Origin: a bacterium
Lineage (GTDB): Bacteria > Patescibacteriota > Patescibacteriia > UBA2591 > JAGGZP01
Direction: 5' to 3'
Assembly: GCA_021161965.1 (NCBI GenBank)
Contig: JAGGZP010000021.1
Span: forward strand, 1 to 24,903
DNA length: 24,903 bases
Numbering within the stretch: the stretch's first letter is position 1; every line of letters starts with the position of its first letter. Below, piece by piece: positions 8,316-18,415 of this stretch. The translations under genes and the position numbers were made by a program. The notes under the pieces are model-generated. The model searched no databases and was not told the origin of the DNA. It was given only the letters and a program-made list of their open reading frames with translations.

Positions 8316-8815
8316 TGACGGCGTTCCTATTGAAGAATGAACCAGCGAGTTACTCTCGGTAGCAAGGTTAACCCTTTAATTGGGGGAGCCGTAGGGAAAC
8401 CGAGTCTGAAAAGGGCGATAAGTTGCCGGGAGTAGACCCGAAGCCGGGTGAGCTACCCATGACCAGGGTGAATCCCGTAGAAATACGGGAGGAGGCCCGA
8501 ACCCGTTGGCCGTGCAACACCATGGGATGAGTTGTGGGTAGGGGCGAAAAACCAATCGAACTCGGCGATAGCTGGTTCTCCCCGAAATAGCTGTAGGGCT
8601 AGCCCTGTTGGCCAGCTTTCGACGGTAGAGCACTGAATGGATTAAGGTGGGTTTTCCTACTTAATCCAACCAAACTCCGAATGTCGAAAGTTTTTGCAAC
8701 AGGAGTCAGACGATGGGGGCTAAGCTCCGTCAGTCAAAAGGGAAACAGCCCAGACCCTCGTCTAAGGTCCCTAAATTCGAGCTAAGTGTGAAAGGTGGTG
8801 AAACGACTTGGACAA

Positions 8816-8846
<31 letters not shown>

Positions 8847-9692
8847 TAAAGAAAGCGTAACAGCTCACTGGTCAAGTTGTTTTGCGCCGAAAATATATCG
8901 GGGCTTAAGCTCGATACCGAAGACAGGGGCTTGATTAGTTTACTAATCGAGCGGTAGGGGAGCATTCTTCACGCGGTGAAGTTCTTGCGTGAGCAAGGGT
9001 GGAGCGTGGAGAAGAGAGAATGCTGGTATAAGTAGCAAAAAGTTCGGTGAGAATCCGAACCACCGTAAGCCCAAGGTTTCCTGGGCACTGATGATCATCC
9101 CAGGGTTAGGCGGTCCTAAGCCGAAGCCGAAAGGCATAGGTGATGGATAGCTGGTTAATATTCCAGCCCTAAAATTGATTCCTTAATCGATGGAGTGACA
9201 CTTCTTTTAATCCCGAGCGCGATTTGGCTATTCGCGTCCAAGAGGAAATTTCTTCCATTGGTAAATCCGTGGAATCAAAGAAATTTTCTCAAGTGAAATC
9301 CTCGCAAGGGGAGATTCGGGAGATAAAGGAGTCAAGAAAAACTTCTAGAGTCCGCTCTTTCAGCGGGGGAATCAATTTTATCCGTACCGCAAACCGACAC
9401 AGGTGGGCGGGCAGAGTATGCTCAGGTGGACGAGTGAGCCCTCGTTTAGGAACTCGGCAAAAAAGCGTCCGTAACTTCGGAATAAGGACTGTCTTGGCCG
9501 AGAGGTCAAGGCCGCAGCGAAAGTTTGCCAAGCGACTGTTTAACAAAAACATAGGTCCCTGCACAAAGCGTAAGCTGATGTATAGGGGCTGACGCCTGGC
9601 CAGTGTCAGAACGTTAAGGGGATCCGTCAAATCTTACTTTAAGTGAGATGTAGCGGTGAACCTAAGCGCTGACGAACGCCGGCGGTAACTAT

Positions 9693-10442
9693 AATCTAGA
9701 CGGTTGTAGTTACCTAAAAAAATCTGGCTGTATGCGGGGAAGTCTGGTTTAAAGCTGTTACTACTTTCTCGTTATTATTGCGGGAAGTAACAATGTAGCA
9801 GCCACAGATTATCCGCAGGAAACCCGATGTGAATTAGTATAAGAGGTTAATATGGATTCAGAAAAATGGCTTAAAAAAATACCCAATCATATTGGTTGGT
9901 ATATTGCTGGCTTTGTTGATGGAGAAGGAAGTTTTAATGTTTCTGTTAAAAAGCGAGACGATTTTACTTCTGGCTATGGTTTAGATCCATCTTTCAATGT
10001 ATCCCAAAAAGATAGAGTAATTTTGTCTTTGATAAAGCGGTATCTAGGTTGTGGAAGAATACGTCAAAGAAAAGATGGTTTGTTGATGTATGAGGTAAGA
10101 AATATTAACGCTCTATATGAGAAAGTACTTCCTTTCTTCAAAAAATTTCATTTTCTTTCAGCGTCAAAAAAGAAGAATTTTTCCGTATTTTCACGTATTA
10201 TTAAGATGATATACCAAAAGAAGCATTTAACCAACGAAGGATTATGGAAAATCCTTGCATTAAGAAAAGAATTAAATAAAAGTCGTGGGAGAAAGAGAAA
10301 ATATACTCTTAAAAATATTAAATTAAAAATTAACTAATTCAGTCGGGGATCCTCAGAGACTATACGCCAGACACATTTCGTTAATTTAAACGAAATGTGA
10401 AGATATAGTCCGATCTCACAAGTGATTGTGAGTTAACATATG
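9693..10442 (+). mobile_element. Group I intron (750 nt) after 23S U1917 (E. coli numbering), helix 69
   Basis: Joined exons give GGCGGTAACTAT|AACCGTCCTAAGG. P1 ggtaactat/gtagttacc has the U9692-G9706 wobble; P10 gacggtt (9699-9705) pairs with the 3' exon; P3 9723-9728/10366-10371; P4 9733-9737/9813-9817; P7 GACTA 10358-10362/TAGTC 10406-10410; terminal G10442. Confidence 0.97.
9852..10337 (+). CDS. Intron-encoded single-motif LAGLIDADG homing endonuclease (I-CreI/I-CeuI-like architecture)
   Basis: YIAGFVDGEGSF motif and VSQKD; 161 aa with no stops; looped out of a P6 extension (gaattagt 9831-9838 / actaattc 10333-10340). Confidence 0.96.
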   Translation: MDSEKWLKKIPNHIGWYIAGFVDGEGSFNVSVKKRDDFTSGYGLDPSFNVSQKDRVILSLIKRYLGCGRIRQRKDGLLMYEVRNINALYEKVLPFFKKFHFLSASKKKNFSVFSRIIKMIYQKKHLTNEGLWKILALRKELNKSRGRKRKYTLKNIKLKIN

Positions 10443-11256
10443 AACCGTCCTAAGGTAGCGTAATCCCTTGCCGGGTAAGTTCCGGCCTGCACGAATGGCG
10501 TAACGACTTGGCAACTGTCTCAACGAGGGGCTCGGCGAAATTGCAATAAGCGTGAAGATGCGCTTTACCCACGGCTAGACGAAAAGACCCCGTGAAGCTT
10601 TACTGCAGCTTGACATTGGATTAAGGTTGAGTCTGTTAAGCGTAGGTGGGAGTCTCGATTTTTCGAGACGCCAATGAGACACCACCCTGATTCAATTTTA
10701 ATTCTAACTCCTGCTAGTCACAGGGGGACAGTGTCTGGTGGGCAGTTTATCTGGGGCGGATGCCTCCTAAAAGGTAACGGAGGCGTTTAAAGGTTGGCTT
10801 AGTTCCGATGGAAACGGAACTGAAAGTGCAAGGGCATAAGCCAGCCTGACTGCGAGACCTACAAGTCGAGCAGAGGGGAAACCCGAACCTAGTGAACCGA
10901 TGCGTCCGTATAGGCGGCGCAAAGATCATCGGATAAAAGCTACTCCGGGGATAACAGGCTAGTCAGGCCCGAGAGTCCATATCGACGGCCTGGTTCGGCA
11001 CCTCGATGTCGGCTCAACGCATCCTGGGGGTGGAGAAGCTCCCAAGGGTTTGGCTGTTCGCCAATTAAAGCGTTACACGAGCTGGGTTCAGAACGTCGTA
11101 AGACAGTTCGGTCTCCTATCTGCCGTGGGCGTCGAATCCTGAGGAGGCCTTTCCCTAGTACGAGAGGACCGGGAAAGACGAACCTCTGGTGTATCAGTTG
11201 TCCTGCCAAGGGCATTGCTGAGTAGCCACGTTCGGTTTATATCCCTTTAAGGGATT

Positions 11257-11289
<33 letters not shown>

Positions 11290-11440
11290 GTCTCCAAGAT
11301 TAGGATTCAAAGACCACCGGGAGATTACCGGTTTGATAGGCTCTAGGTGTAAGCTCCGCAAGGAGTTAAGCCGAGGAGTACTAACGGTCATTGCTTTTCT
11401 AAATTGCCCCGCTAAGGGTCAAAATTGTAAAAAATTATCT

Positions 11441-11557
<117 letters not shown>

Positions 11558-11561
11558 TTTT

Positions 11562-11588
11562 AAAAAACTGGATTTTTCCAGTTTTTTT
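11562..11588 (+). terminator. Intrinsic terminator of the 23S-5S unit
   Basis: aaaaaactgga-tttt-tccagttttttt. Confidence 0.88.
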
Positions 11589-11596
11589 GTTATAAT
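11588..11596 (+). promoter_or_regulatory. Extended -10 promoter TGTTATAAT, 6 nt before the ATG at 11603
   Basis: Exact TGnTATAAT overlapping the end of the terminator T-tract; no clear -35. Confidence 0.7.
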
Positions 11597-11602
11597 ACTC
11601 TT

Positions 11603-12847
11603 ATGAAATATATTGCTGATTTTCATATTCACTCAAAATATTCCCGAGCAACCTCGAAAGATATGAATTTAGAGCATATGGATAAATGGGCAAAAATTAA
11701 GGGAATAAATATTCTTACGACAGGTGATTTTACACATCCAGGATGGTTTGAAGAATTAAAAGAAGAATTAATTGAGGTGATGCCGGGAATATATCATTTG
11801 AAAAAATATAAAAATGATTTAAAAGTAACAAATTTTGTTTTAACTACAGAAGTTTCTTGTATTTACAAAAAAGAAGATAAAGTTAGAAGAATACATCTGC
11901 TTATTTTTGCACCAAATTTAGAAGTAGTTGAAAAGATTAATAGAAAATTAGGAGAAAAATTTAATCTTAAAGCAGATGGTCGGCCAATTTTAGGAATAGA
12001 TACTGAAGAGTTAACAAAAATTCTTTTTGATATATCAAAAGAAATTTTTATTGTTCCCGCACATGTCTGGACTCCCTGGTATTCTTTATTTGGATCAAAA
12101 TCTGGCTTTGATTCAATTGAACAATGTTTTGGAGAAATGACAAAATATATTTTTGCTCTCGAAACAGGTCTAAGTAGCGATCCGCCAATGAATTGGCGTT
12201 TATCAGCATTAGATAGATTTACCTTAATAAGCAATTCTGATGCTCATTCACCAAGTAATTTAGGGCGCGAGGCAAATGTGTTAGAATTAGAAGAATTAAG
12301 TTATAAAAATATTATTGAAACAATTAAAACAAGAAAAAATTTTAAGTACACAATTGAATTTTTTCCTGAGGAAGGTAAATATCATTTTGATGGACATCGT
12401 TTATGTGGTATTTCTTTATCACCCGAGTTAGCAAAGAAAAATAAAAATATTTGCCCAAAATGTGGTTTACCCTTAACTATTGGTGTTTTGCACCGAGTTG
12501 ATGATTTAGCTGACCGGCCACTGGGATTTAAACCAAAAAACGCAGTTGATTTTAAAAGTTTGATTCCTTTGCCAGAAATTATTGGGCAAATATACGGTGT
12601 TGGAAAGAAAACAAAAAAAGTTGAAAGTGAATATAAAAGAATGATTAAAAAGGCTGGTAATGAATTTAATATTCTGCTAAACTTAAATAAGGAAGATTTA
12701 TTAAAAATTACAATTCCCGAAATTGTTCAAGCAATTTTTAATATGCGAGAAGGAAAAGTAATTAAAAAACCAGGCTATGATGGTGTTTATGGAAAAATAA
12801 AAATAAAAGTCGATGAATGGGAGGTTAAACAAAATAGACTATTCTAA
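11603..12847 (+). CDS. PHP-domain nuclease, endonuclease Q / TIGR00375-like family
   Basis: DFHIHSKYSRATS, PAHVWTPW, ETGLSSDP, SNSDAHSP, YHFDGHRLC..CPKCG zinc ligands, PGYDGVYG. Confidence 0.88.
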   Translation: MKYIADFHIHSKYSRATSKDMNLEHMDKWAKIKGINILTTGDFTHPGWFEELKEELIEVMPGIYHLKKYKNDLKVTNFVLTTEVSCIYKKEDKVRRIHLLIFAPNLEVVEKINRKLGEKFNLKADGRPILGIDTEELTKILFDISKEIFIVPAHVWTPWYSLFGSKSGFDSIEQCFGEMTKYIFALETGLSSDPPMNWRLSALDRFTLISNSDAHSPSNLGREANVLELEELSYKNIIETIKTRKNFKYTIEFFPEEGKYHFDGHRLCGISLSPELAKKNKNICPKCGLPLTIGVLHRVDDLADRPLGFKPKNAVDFKSLIPLPEIIGQIYGVGKKTKKVESEYKRMIKKAGNEFNILLNLNKEDLLKITIPEIVQAIFNMREGKVIKKPGYDGVYGKIKIKVDEWEVKQNRLF

Positions 12848-12869
12848 TGTACTTAATAGGAAATGATTT

Positions 12870-14606
12870 ATGACTATTGAAGCATTAAAACAAAAAATAA
12901 TTTATCTCTTTAGAGAAACTCTTTTAAAACTATATCCGAAAAAAAAGGCACTTTTACAATTAGAAATTGAATTAGAAGTACCACCAAATCAAAAAATGGG
13001 TAATGTTTCTATACCTTGTTTTTCTGTAGCAAAATTGTTAAATAAATCTCCTGAAAAAATAGCAGGAGAATTTGTAAAAAGTTTTAAACCGAACAAGATT
13101 ATTGTTGATGTGAAAAATGTTGGACCTTATCTCAATTTTTTTATAAATAAAAAAGTATATTTTGAGACAACAATTAGAGATATTTTAAAAAAGGGTGATG
13201 ATTTTGGTAAATCAGATATCGGAAAAAATAAAAAAATTTTAATTGAATTTTCATCACCAAATGCAAATAAACCACAACATCTTGGTCACTTAAGGAATAA
13301 TTTTCTTGGCATGGCCTTAGCAAATATTTTTTCTTTTTTGGGCTATGATGTTATTCGTGCTAATTTAATCAATGATCGAGGTATTCATATATGTAAAGCA
13401 ATGGTTGCTTATAAAAAATGGGGTGAAGGAAAAGTTCCAAAAGATAAAAAAGGTGACCATTTTGTCGGTGATTTTTATATCTTATTTGAGAAAAGAGTAA
13501 AAGAAAATCCCGAATTATTAGCTGAGGCACAAGAAATGTTAAAGAAATGGGAAGAAGGAGATTCGGAAACAGTTGTTCTTTGGCAAAAATTGACTAAATG
13601 GACGATAGATGGTTTAAAAAAAACTTATAAAGACTTTGGTATAAAATTTGATAAGTGGTATTTTGAAAGCGAAACCTATAAAATAGGTAAAACGATAGTT
13701 TTACGGGCGTTACGAAGAGGTTTATGCTCTCGGCGGAAAGACGGCGCTATTGAAATAGATTTGAGTAAATACGGATTTGATAAAAAGGTTCTAATTAGAG
13801 CTGATGGAACAAGTGTCTATGTTACCCAGGATATTGGCTTAGCTAAATTAAAGTATGATGAGTTTAAACCAAATTGTTCGATTTATATTGTCGCTTCGGA
13901 ACAAGATTACTATTTTAAAATTTTATTTAAAATTTTGGCTATTTTTGGTTTTTCTTGGGTAAAAAATTGTTATCATCTTTCTTATGGAATGGTTTTTTTA
14001 CCCGAAGGTAAAATAAAGTCGCGAGAAGGGAAAATTGTCGAAGCAGATGATATGTTAAATGAAATGATAAATTTAGCGAAAACAGAGATTTTCGCCCGGA
14101 AAAAAGATATTACCCCCTTAGAAGCGTCTTATCGGGCAAAAGTAATTGCTTTAGCCGCAATTAAATTTTTCTTTTTAAAATTTACCCCAAAACAGAATAT
14201 TAATTTTAAGCCGAAAGAATCAATTTCTTTTGAGGGAGCAACTGGTCCTTATATTCAATATACATACGCGAGAATTAAAAGCATCTTAAGAAAAGTCAAA
14301 AATTTCGATTCCAAAAAAAATTCTTTTTCAAATTTGGGTAATGTAGTAGAATTGGATTTGTGCACTTTTTTATTTAATTTTTCTGAGATATTGAAAAAGA
14401 GCCTAGAAACGTATAATCCTGCTTATTTATCTAATTATTTATTAAATTTAAGCCAAAAATTTAATGAGTTTTACCAAAAGCATTCTGTTCTTAACGCTGA
14501 GTCAGAAAATTTAAAAAATGAGCGTTTAGCATTAATTAAATCGGTTGCACAGGTAATTAAAAATGGCCTGAAACTTCTCGGAATCGATGTTTTAGAGGAA
14601 ATGTAA
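12870..14606 (+). CDS. argS: Arginine--tRNA ligase
   Basis: EFSSPNANKPQHLGHLRN (HIGH), RADGTSVYVTQDIG, KIKSREG, FEGATGPYIQYTYARI, LLGIDVLEEM. Confidence 0.98.
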   Translation: MTIEALKQKIIYLFRETLLKLYPKKKALLQLEIELEVPPNQKMGNVSIPCFSVAKLLNKSPEKIAGEFVKSFKPNKIIVDVKNVGPYLNFFINKKVYFETTIRDILKKGDDFGKSDIGKNKKILIEFSSPNANKPQHLGHLRNNFLGMALANIFSFLGYDVIRANLINDRGIHICKAMVAYKKWGEGKVPKDKKGDHFVGDFYILFEKRVKENPELLAEAQEMLKKWEEGDSETVVLWQKLTKWTIDGLKKTYKDFGIKFDKWYFESETYKIGKTIVLRALRRGLCSRRKDGAIEIDLSKYGFDKKVLIRADGTSVYVTQDIGLAKLKYDEFKPNCSIYIVASEQDYYFKILFKILAIFGFSWVKNCYHLSYGMVFLPEGKIKSREGKIVEADDMLNEMINLAKTEIFARKKDITPLEASYRAKVIALAAIKFFFLKFTPKQNINFKPKESISFEGATGPYIQYTYARIKSILRKVKNFDSKKNSFSNLGNVVELDLCTFLFNFSEILKKSLETYNPAYLSNYLLNLSQKFNEFYQKHSVLNAESENLKNERLALIKSVAQVIKNGLKLLGIDVLEEM

Positions 14607-14619
14607 TAATAAATTAATT

Positions 14620-15747
14620 ATGAATAAATTTTTTAGAGCAACAGCCGTATTAATCGGCACAATTGTCGGGGCGGGGATTTTTGCTCTACCTTATGCTTTT
14701 GAAAAATCAGGTTTTTGGGTTGGCGTAATTTATCTGATTATTTTTACTGCCGTGATGATTATAGTTTCACTCTGCTATGGTGAAACAATTTTGAGAACAA
14801 AAGAAAATCTTCAAATGGCTGGTTATGCTAAAAAATATCTCGGGAAAACTGGTAAAATTACCATTACACTTTCTCTAATTTTAGGAACTTATGGTGCTTT
14901 AACTGCTTATACTATTGGAGTCGGTAGATTTTTATGGTTGATTTTTAATCCTCATTTTGGCGGTTCTCCTTTTGTTTACAGCCTAATCTTTTGGTTTATT
15001 GCTAGTTTAATTGTTTTTACTGGGGTAAAAACAATTTCTCATTTAGAGATTTTTATGGTTTTTGCTTTAGTAGCGATTGTCTTTTTGATCGCTTACTTTG
15101 GTGTGGGAAATATTAATTGGGAACATATAAATAAAATTAATTTTAAAAATATTTTTTTTCCTTACGGTGTGACACTTTTTGCTCTAGGTGGTGCTTCTGC
15201 TTTACCAATGGCAAGACAAATACTACGTTCAAAAATAAAGCATTTAAAAAAAGCAATTATCTTAGGAGGAGTTTTACCGACAATTATTTACTTTATTTTT
15301 GCTCTAACAGTTGTTGGTTTATGTGGCGAAAAAACAACAGAAACAGCCTTAACCGGTTTGGTAAAAGTAATGCCCAAAGATGTCCTCACAATTAGTAGTA
15401 TTTTTGGAATTTTAACAATGACTACATCATTTTTGACACTCGGTTATATTTTAATGGATTTATTTATAAAAGATTATAAAATTAAGAAAATCTACTCCTG
15501 GTTACTGGCTGTTTTTATCCCCTTAATTTTATTTTTATCGGGAGTTAGAAGTTTTGTTCAGGTCATTGCTTTGTCCGGAGGAATTTTGACTGGACTACAA
15601 GGAATAATTTTAATAATGACTTATTATCGTGCAAAAAAATACGGAAACCGACAGCCAGAGTATAGTTTTAAGCTACCAAAATTTTTTGCTTACATAATTT
15701 ATTTAATTTTTATTGTTGGAATTTTTTACCAAATTTTTTATCACTAA
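14620..15747 (+). CDS. Amino acid permease (aromatic amino acid transporter/APC-type)
   Basis: GTIVGAGIFALP, many TM helices, FGILTMTTSF. Confidence 0.85.
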   Translation: MNKFFRATAVLIGTIVGAGIFALPYAFEKSGFWVGVIYLIIFTAVMIIVSLCYGETILRTKENLQMAGYAKKYLGKTGKITITLSLILGTYGALTAYTIGVGRFLWLIFNPHFGGSPFVYSLIFWFIASLIVFTGVKTISHLEIFMVFALVAIVFLIAYFGVGNINWEHINKINFKNIFFPYGVTLFALGGASALPMARQILRSKIKHLKKAIILGGVLPTIIYFIFALTVVGLCGEKTTETALTGLVKVMPKDVLTISSIFGILTMTTSFLTLGYILMDLFIKDYKIKKIYSWLLAVFIPLILFLSGVRSFVQVIALSGGILTGLQGIILIMTYYRAKKYGNRQPEYSFKLPKFFAYIIYLIFIVGIFYQIFYH

Positions 15748-15748
15748 A

Positions 15749-18415
15749 ATGAAAAAAGTGAATTGGCACAATTTGTCAACCGATAAAATTTTTCAGATAT
15801 TAAATTCTAGTGAAAAAGGCTTAAAGGAAAAAGAGGCTATTTCTCGCCTGGAGAGATATGGATTAAATAATTTTCCTGAAGAAAAAAAAATAAAAACAAT
15901 AGAGATTTTTCTTGCACAATTTAGAAGCCCTTTAATTCTTATTTTGCTTATCGCTGCGGCTATATGTTTTGCTTTACAGGAATTTATTGATATGAGTGTT
16001 ATTTTAGCAGCAGTGTTTATTAATGTTTTACTTGGATTTTTTCAAGAGAATAAAGCAGAAAAAACACTCGAACGATTAAAAACAATGATTGAATATAATA
16101 CAATAGTAATTCGTGAAGGAAAAGAAAAATTTATTAATTCAAAATATCTTGTTCCTGGAGATGTGATTATTTTGCAAGCCGGTGATGTTGTTCCGGCCGA
16201 TGCGCGCTTAATTAAGGTTTATAATTTAAAAACTGTCGAAGCAGTATTAACTGGTGAGTCATTACCTTCAACTAAAAGAGTAGAAATTTTACCAAAAGGC
16301 ACATCTTTAGCCGAAAGAGAAAATATGGTTTACTCAGGAACTAAGATTGCCAGTGGCCGAGGAAAGGGAATTGTTGTTGCTACTGGTTTAGCAACGGAAT
16401 TAGGAAAAGTTGCTTCTTTAGTTAAAAAAGAGATAGAAAAACCGACACCACTGCAGATTAAAATTGGTAAATTAGCTCGATTTATTGGAGTTATAATTGG
16501 CACTCTTTGTTTTATTCTTTTTTTAACTGGCATATTGCTTGGTCAACCATTTTTAAAAATGCTCTTAACAGCGGTTGCTGTTGCTGTTGGCGGGATCCCT
16601 GAAGGCTTAGTTATTGGTCTTACTATTTGTTTAACAGTTGGAATGCAAAGGATTCTAAAGAAGAATGCATTAGTTAGAAAATTGATTGCCGCAGAAACAT
16701 TAGGCTCAGTAACTGTTATTTGTTCTGACAAAACCGGAACATTAACAAAAGGAAAAATGACTGTTTCAGAAATTATCACTAGCTCAAAAGAGAATCTACA
16801 GGAAATAAAGTCTCTTGCTTTAAAAATTGCTCTTCTTTGTAATAATGCAATAATCGAAAATCCAGAAGATGAAATTCATGCTTGGAAAATAAGTGGAGAA
16901 CCAACAGAAAAAGCATTATTGGAAGCAGCAATTCAAAATGGACTGCATATACGAGAAATTCGTGAGAAATATCCGCGAACAGATGAAATTCCATTTGATT
17001 CCAAAAAAAAATGGATGGCTACTTTGCATTTAGTTAGAGGAAAATTAGATCATCTTTTTAAAAACAAAAAACTTATTTTTGTTAAAGGTGCACCAGAAGT
17101 AATAATTAAAATATCGAAATTTATTAAAATAAATAAAGAAGTTAAAGAACTATCCGAATCACGCCGCAAACAGCTATTTGCAAAATGTAACAAATTGACC
17201 TCAAAAGGGTTAAGACTTTTAGCCGTTGCTTATAAAGAAGCCAAAAAAGAATACTCAATGGATATTAATAGTGTAAATGAATTAACGTTTGTTGCTTTAA
17301 TAGCTTTAAAAGATGCTTTAAGAAATGAAGCGCCGGAGGTGATAAGAGAATGTCGTCAAGCAGGAATCAGGCCAATCATGATTACTGGTGATTCAAAATT
17401 TACTGCGAAAGCGATTGCTCAAGAAGCTGGAATCTTAACGAGGGATAGCGCATTAGTTTTAGAAAGTAAAGATTTAGAAAAGATTTCTGATAAAGAATTT
17501 AAGAAAACAGTTAAAGCAATTGATGTTTATGCCCGAGCTGAACCAAAGGATAAGATAAGAATTGTTAAGGCACTGCAAGAAGATGGGGAAATAGTGGCAA
17601 TGACTGGCGATGGAGTAAACGATGCTCCGGCTTTAAAATCAGCGGATATCGGAATTGCTTTAGGTTCAGGGTCTGATGTTGCAAAGGAGGCAGCTGATAT
17701 TGTTTTACTTGATAATAATTTTAAGACAATTGTAGATGCAGTGAAAGAAGGAAGAACGATTTTTGCTAATATTAAAAAAATTGTTTTGTATTTACTATCG
17801 GGAAGTTTTACTGAAATGATTATTATTTCTTTAAGTTTATTTTTTGGTTTACCGCTACCAGTTTTGCCGGCTCAGATTCTCTGGGTAAATATTATTGAAG
17901 ATAGTCTACCGTCGATTTCTTTAGCTTACGAAAAAGGAGAGAAGAGTATTATTCAAAAAAAGCCTTATCAGCACTCAATTCCTATTTTAGACAAAGAAAT
18001 GAAAGTAATAATTTTTATTATTAGTATTTTTACTGACCTACTTTTATTTGGCTTATTTTACTTTCTTTGGAAGTATTTTCACGATTTAACTTATGCCCGA
18101 ACAATGGTTTTTGTCGGATTGGGGATTGATTCATTATTCTATATTTACAGCTGTAAGCATCTAAGAAAAACAATATTACATTACAATCCATTTGATAATA
18201 AATTTTTGAATTTAAGTGTGCTTTTTGGTTACTTAATGTTTTTTATTGCTATTTATACCCCATTTTTTCAAAAAATTTTAAGGGTTACTGCCTTAGACCT
18301 AAAAAGCTGGTTAATTTTAATATTTTTAGGTTTAATAAATCTTTCTCTTATTGAAATAACAAAATTTTTATTTATAACAAAAGACAATGTTAAATATGTT
18401 GAGAAAAATAAATAA
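15749..18415 (+). CDS. P-type cation-transporting ATPase (P2A-like). Start moved to the ATG at 15749.
   Basis: LTGES, IPEGL, CSDKTGTLT, KGAPE, MITGD, TGDGVNDAPAL. The ORF-track start at 15713 overlaps the permease; ATG 15749 lies 1 nt after its stop. Confidence 0.95.
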   Translation: MKKVNWHNLSTDKIFQILNSSEKGLKEKEAISRLERYGLNNFPEEKKIKTIEIFLAQFRSPLILILLIAAAICFALQEFIDMSVILAAVFINVLLGFFQENKAEKTLERLKTMIEYNTIVIREGKEKFINSKYLVPGDVIILQAGDVVPADARLIKVYNLKTVEAVLTGESLPSTKRVEILPKGTSLAERENMVYSGTKIASGRGKGIVVATGLATELGKVASLVKKEIEKPTPLQIKIGKLARFIGVIIGTLCFILFLTGILLGQPFLKMLLTAVAVAVGGIPEGLVIGLTICLTVGMQRILKKNALVRKLIAAETLGSVTVICSDKTGTLTKGKMTVSEIITSSKENLQEIKSLALKIALLCNNAIIENPEDEIHAWKISGEPTEKALLEAAIQNGLHIREIREKYPRTDEIPFDSKKKWMATLHLVRGKLDHLFKNKKLIFVKGAPEVIIKISKFIKINKEVKELSESRRKQLFAKCNKLTSKGLRLLAVAYKEAKKEYSMDINSVNELTFVALIALKDALRNEAPEVIRECRQAGIRPIMITGDSKFTAKAIAQEAGILTRDSALVLESKDLEKISDKEFKKTVKAIDVYARAEPKDKIRIVKALQEDGEIVAMTGDGVNDAPALKSADIGIALGSGSDVAKEAADIVLLDNNFKTIVDAVKEGRTIFANIKKIVLYLLSGSFTEMIIISLSLFFGLPLPVLPAQILWVNIIEDSLPSISLAYEKGEKSIIQKKPYQHSIPILDKEMKVIIFIISIFTDLLLFGLFYFLWKYFHDLTYARTMVFVGLGIDSLFYIYSCKHLRKTILHYNPFDNKFLNLSVLFGYLMFFIAIYTPFFQKILRVTALDLKSWLILIFLGLINLSLIEITKFLFITKDNVKYVEKNK

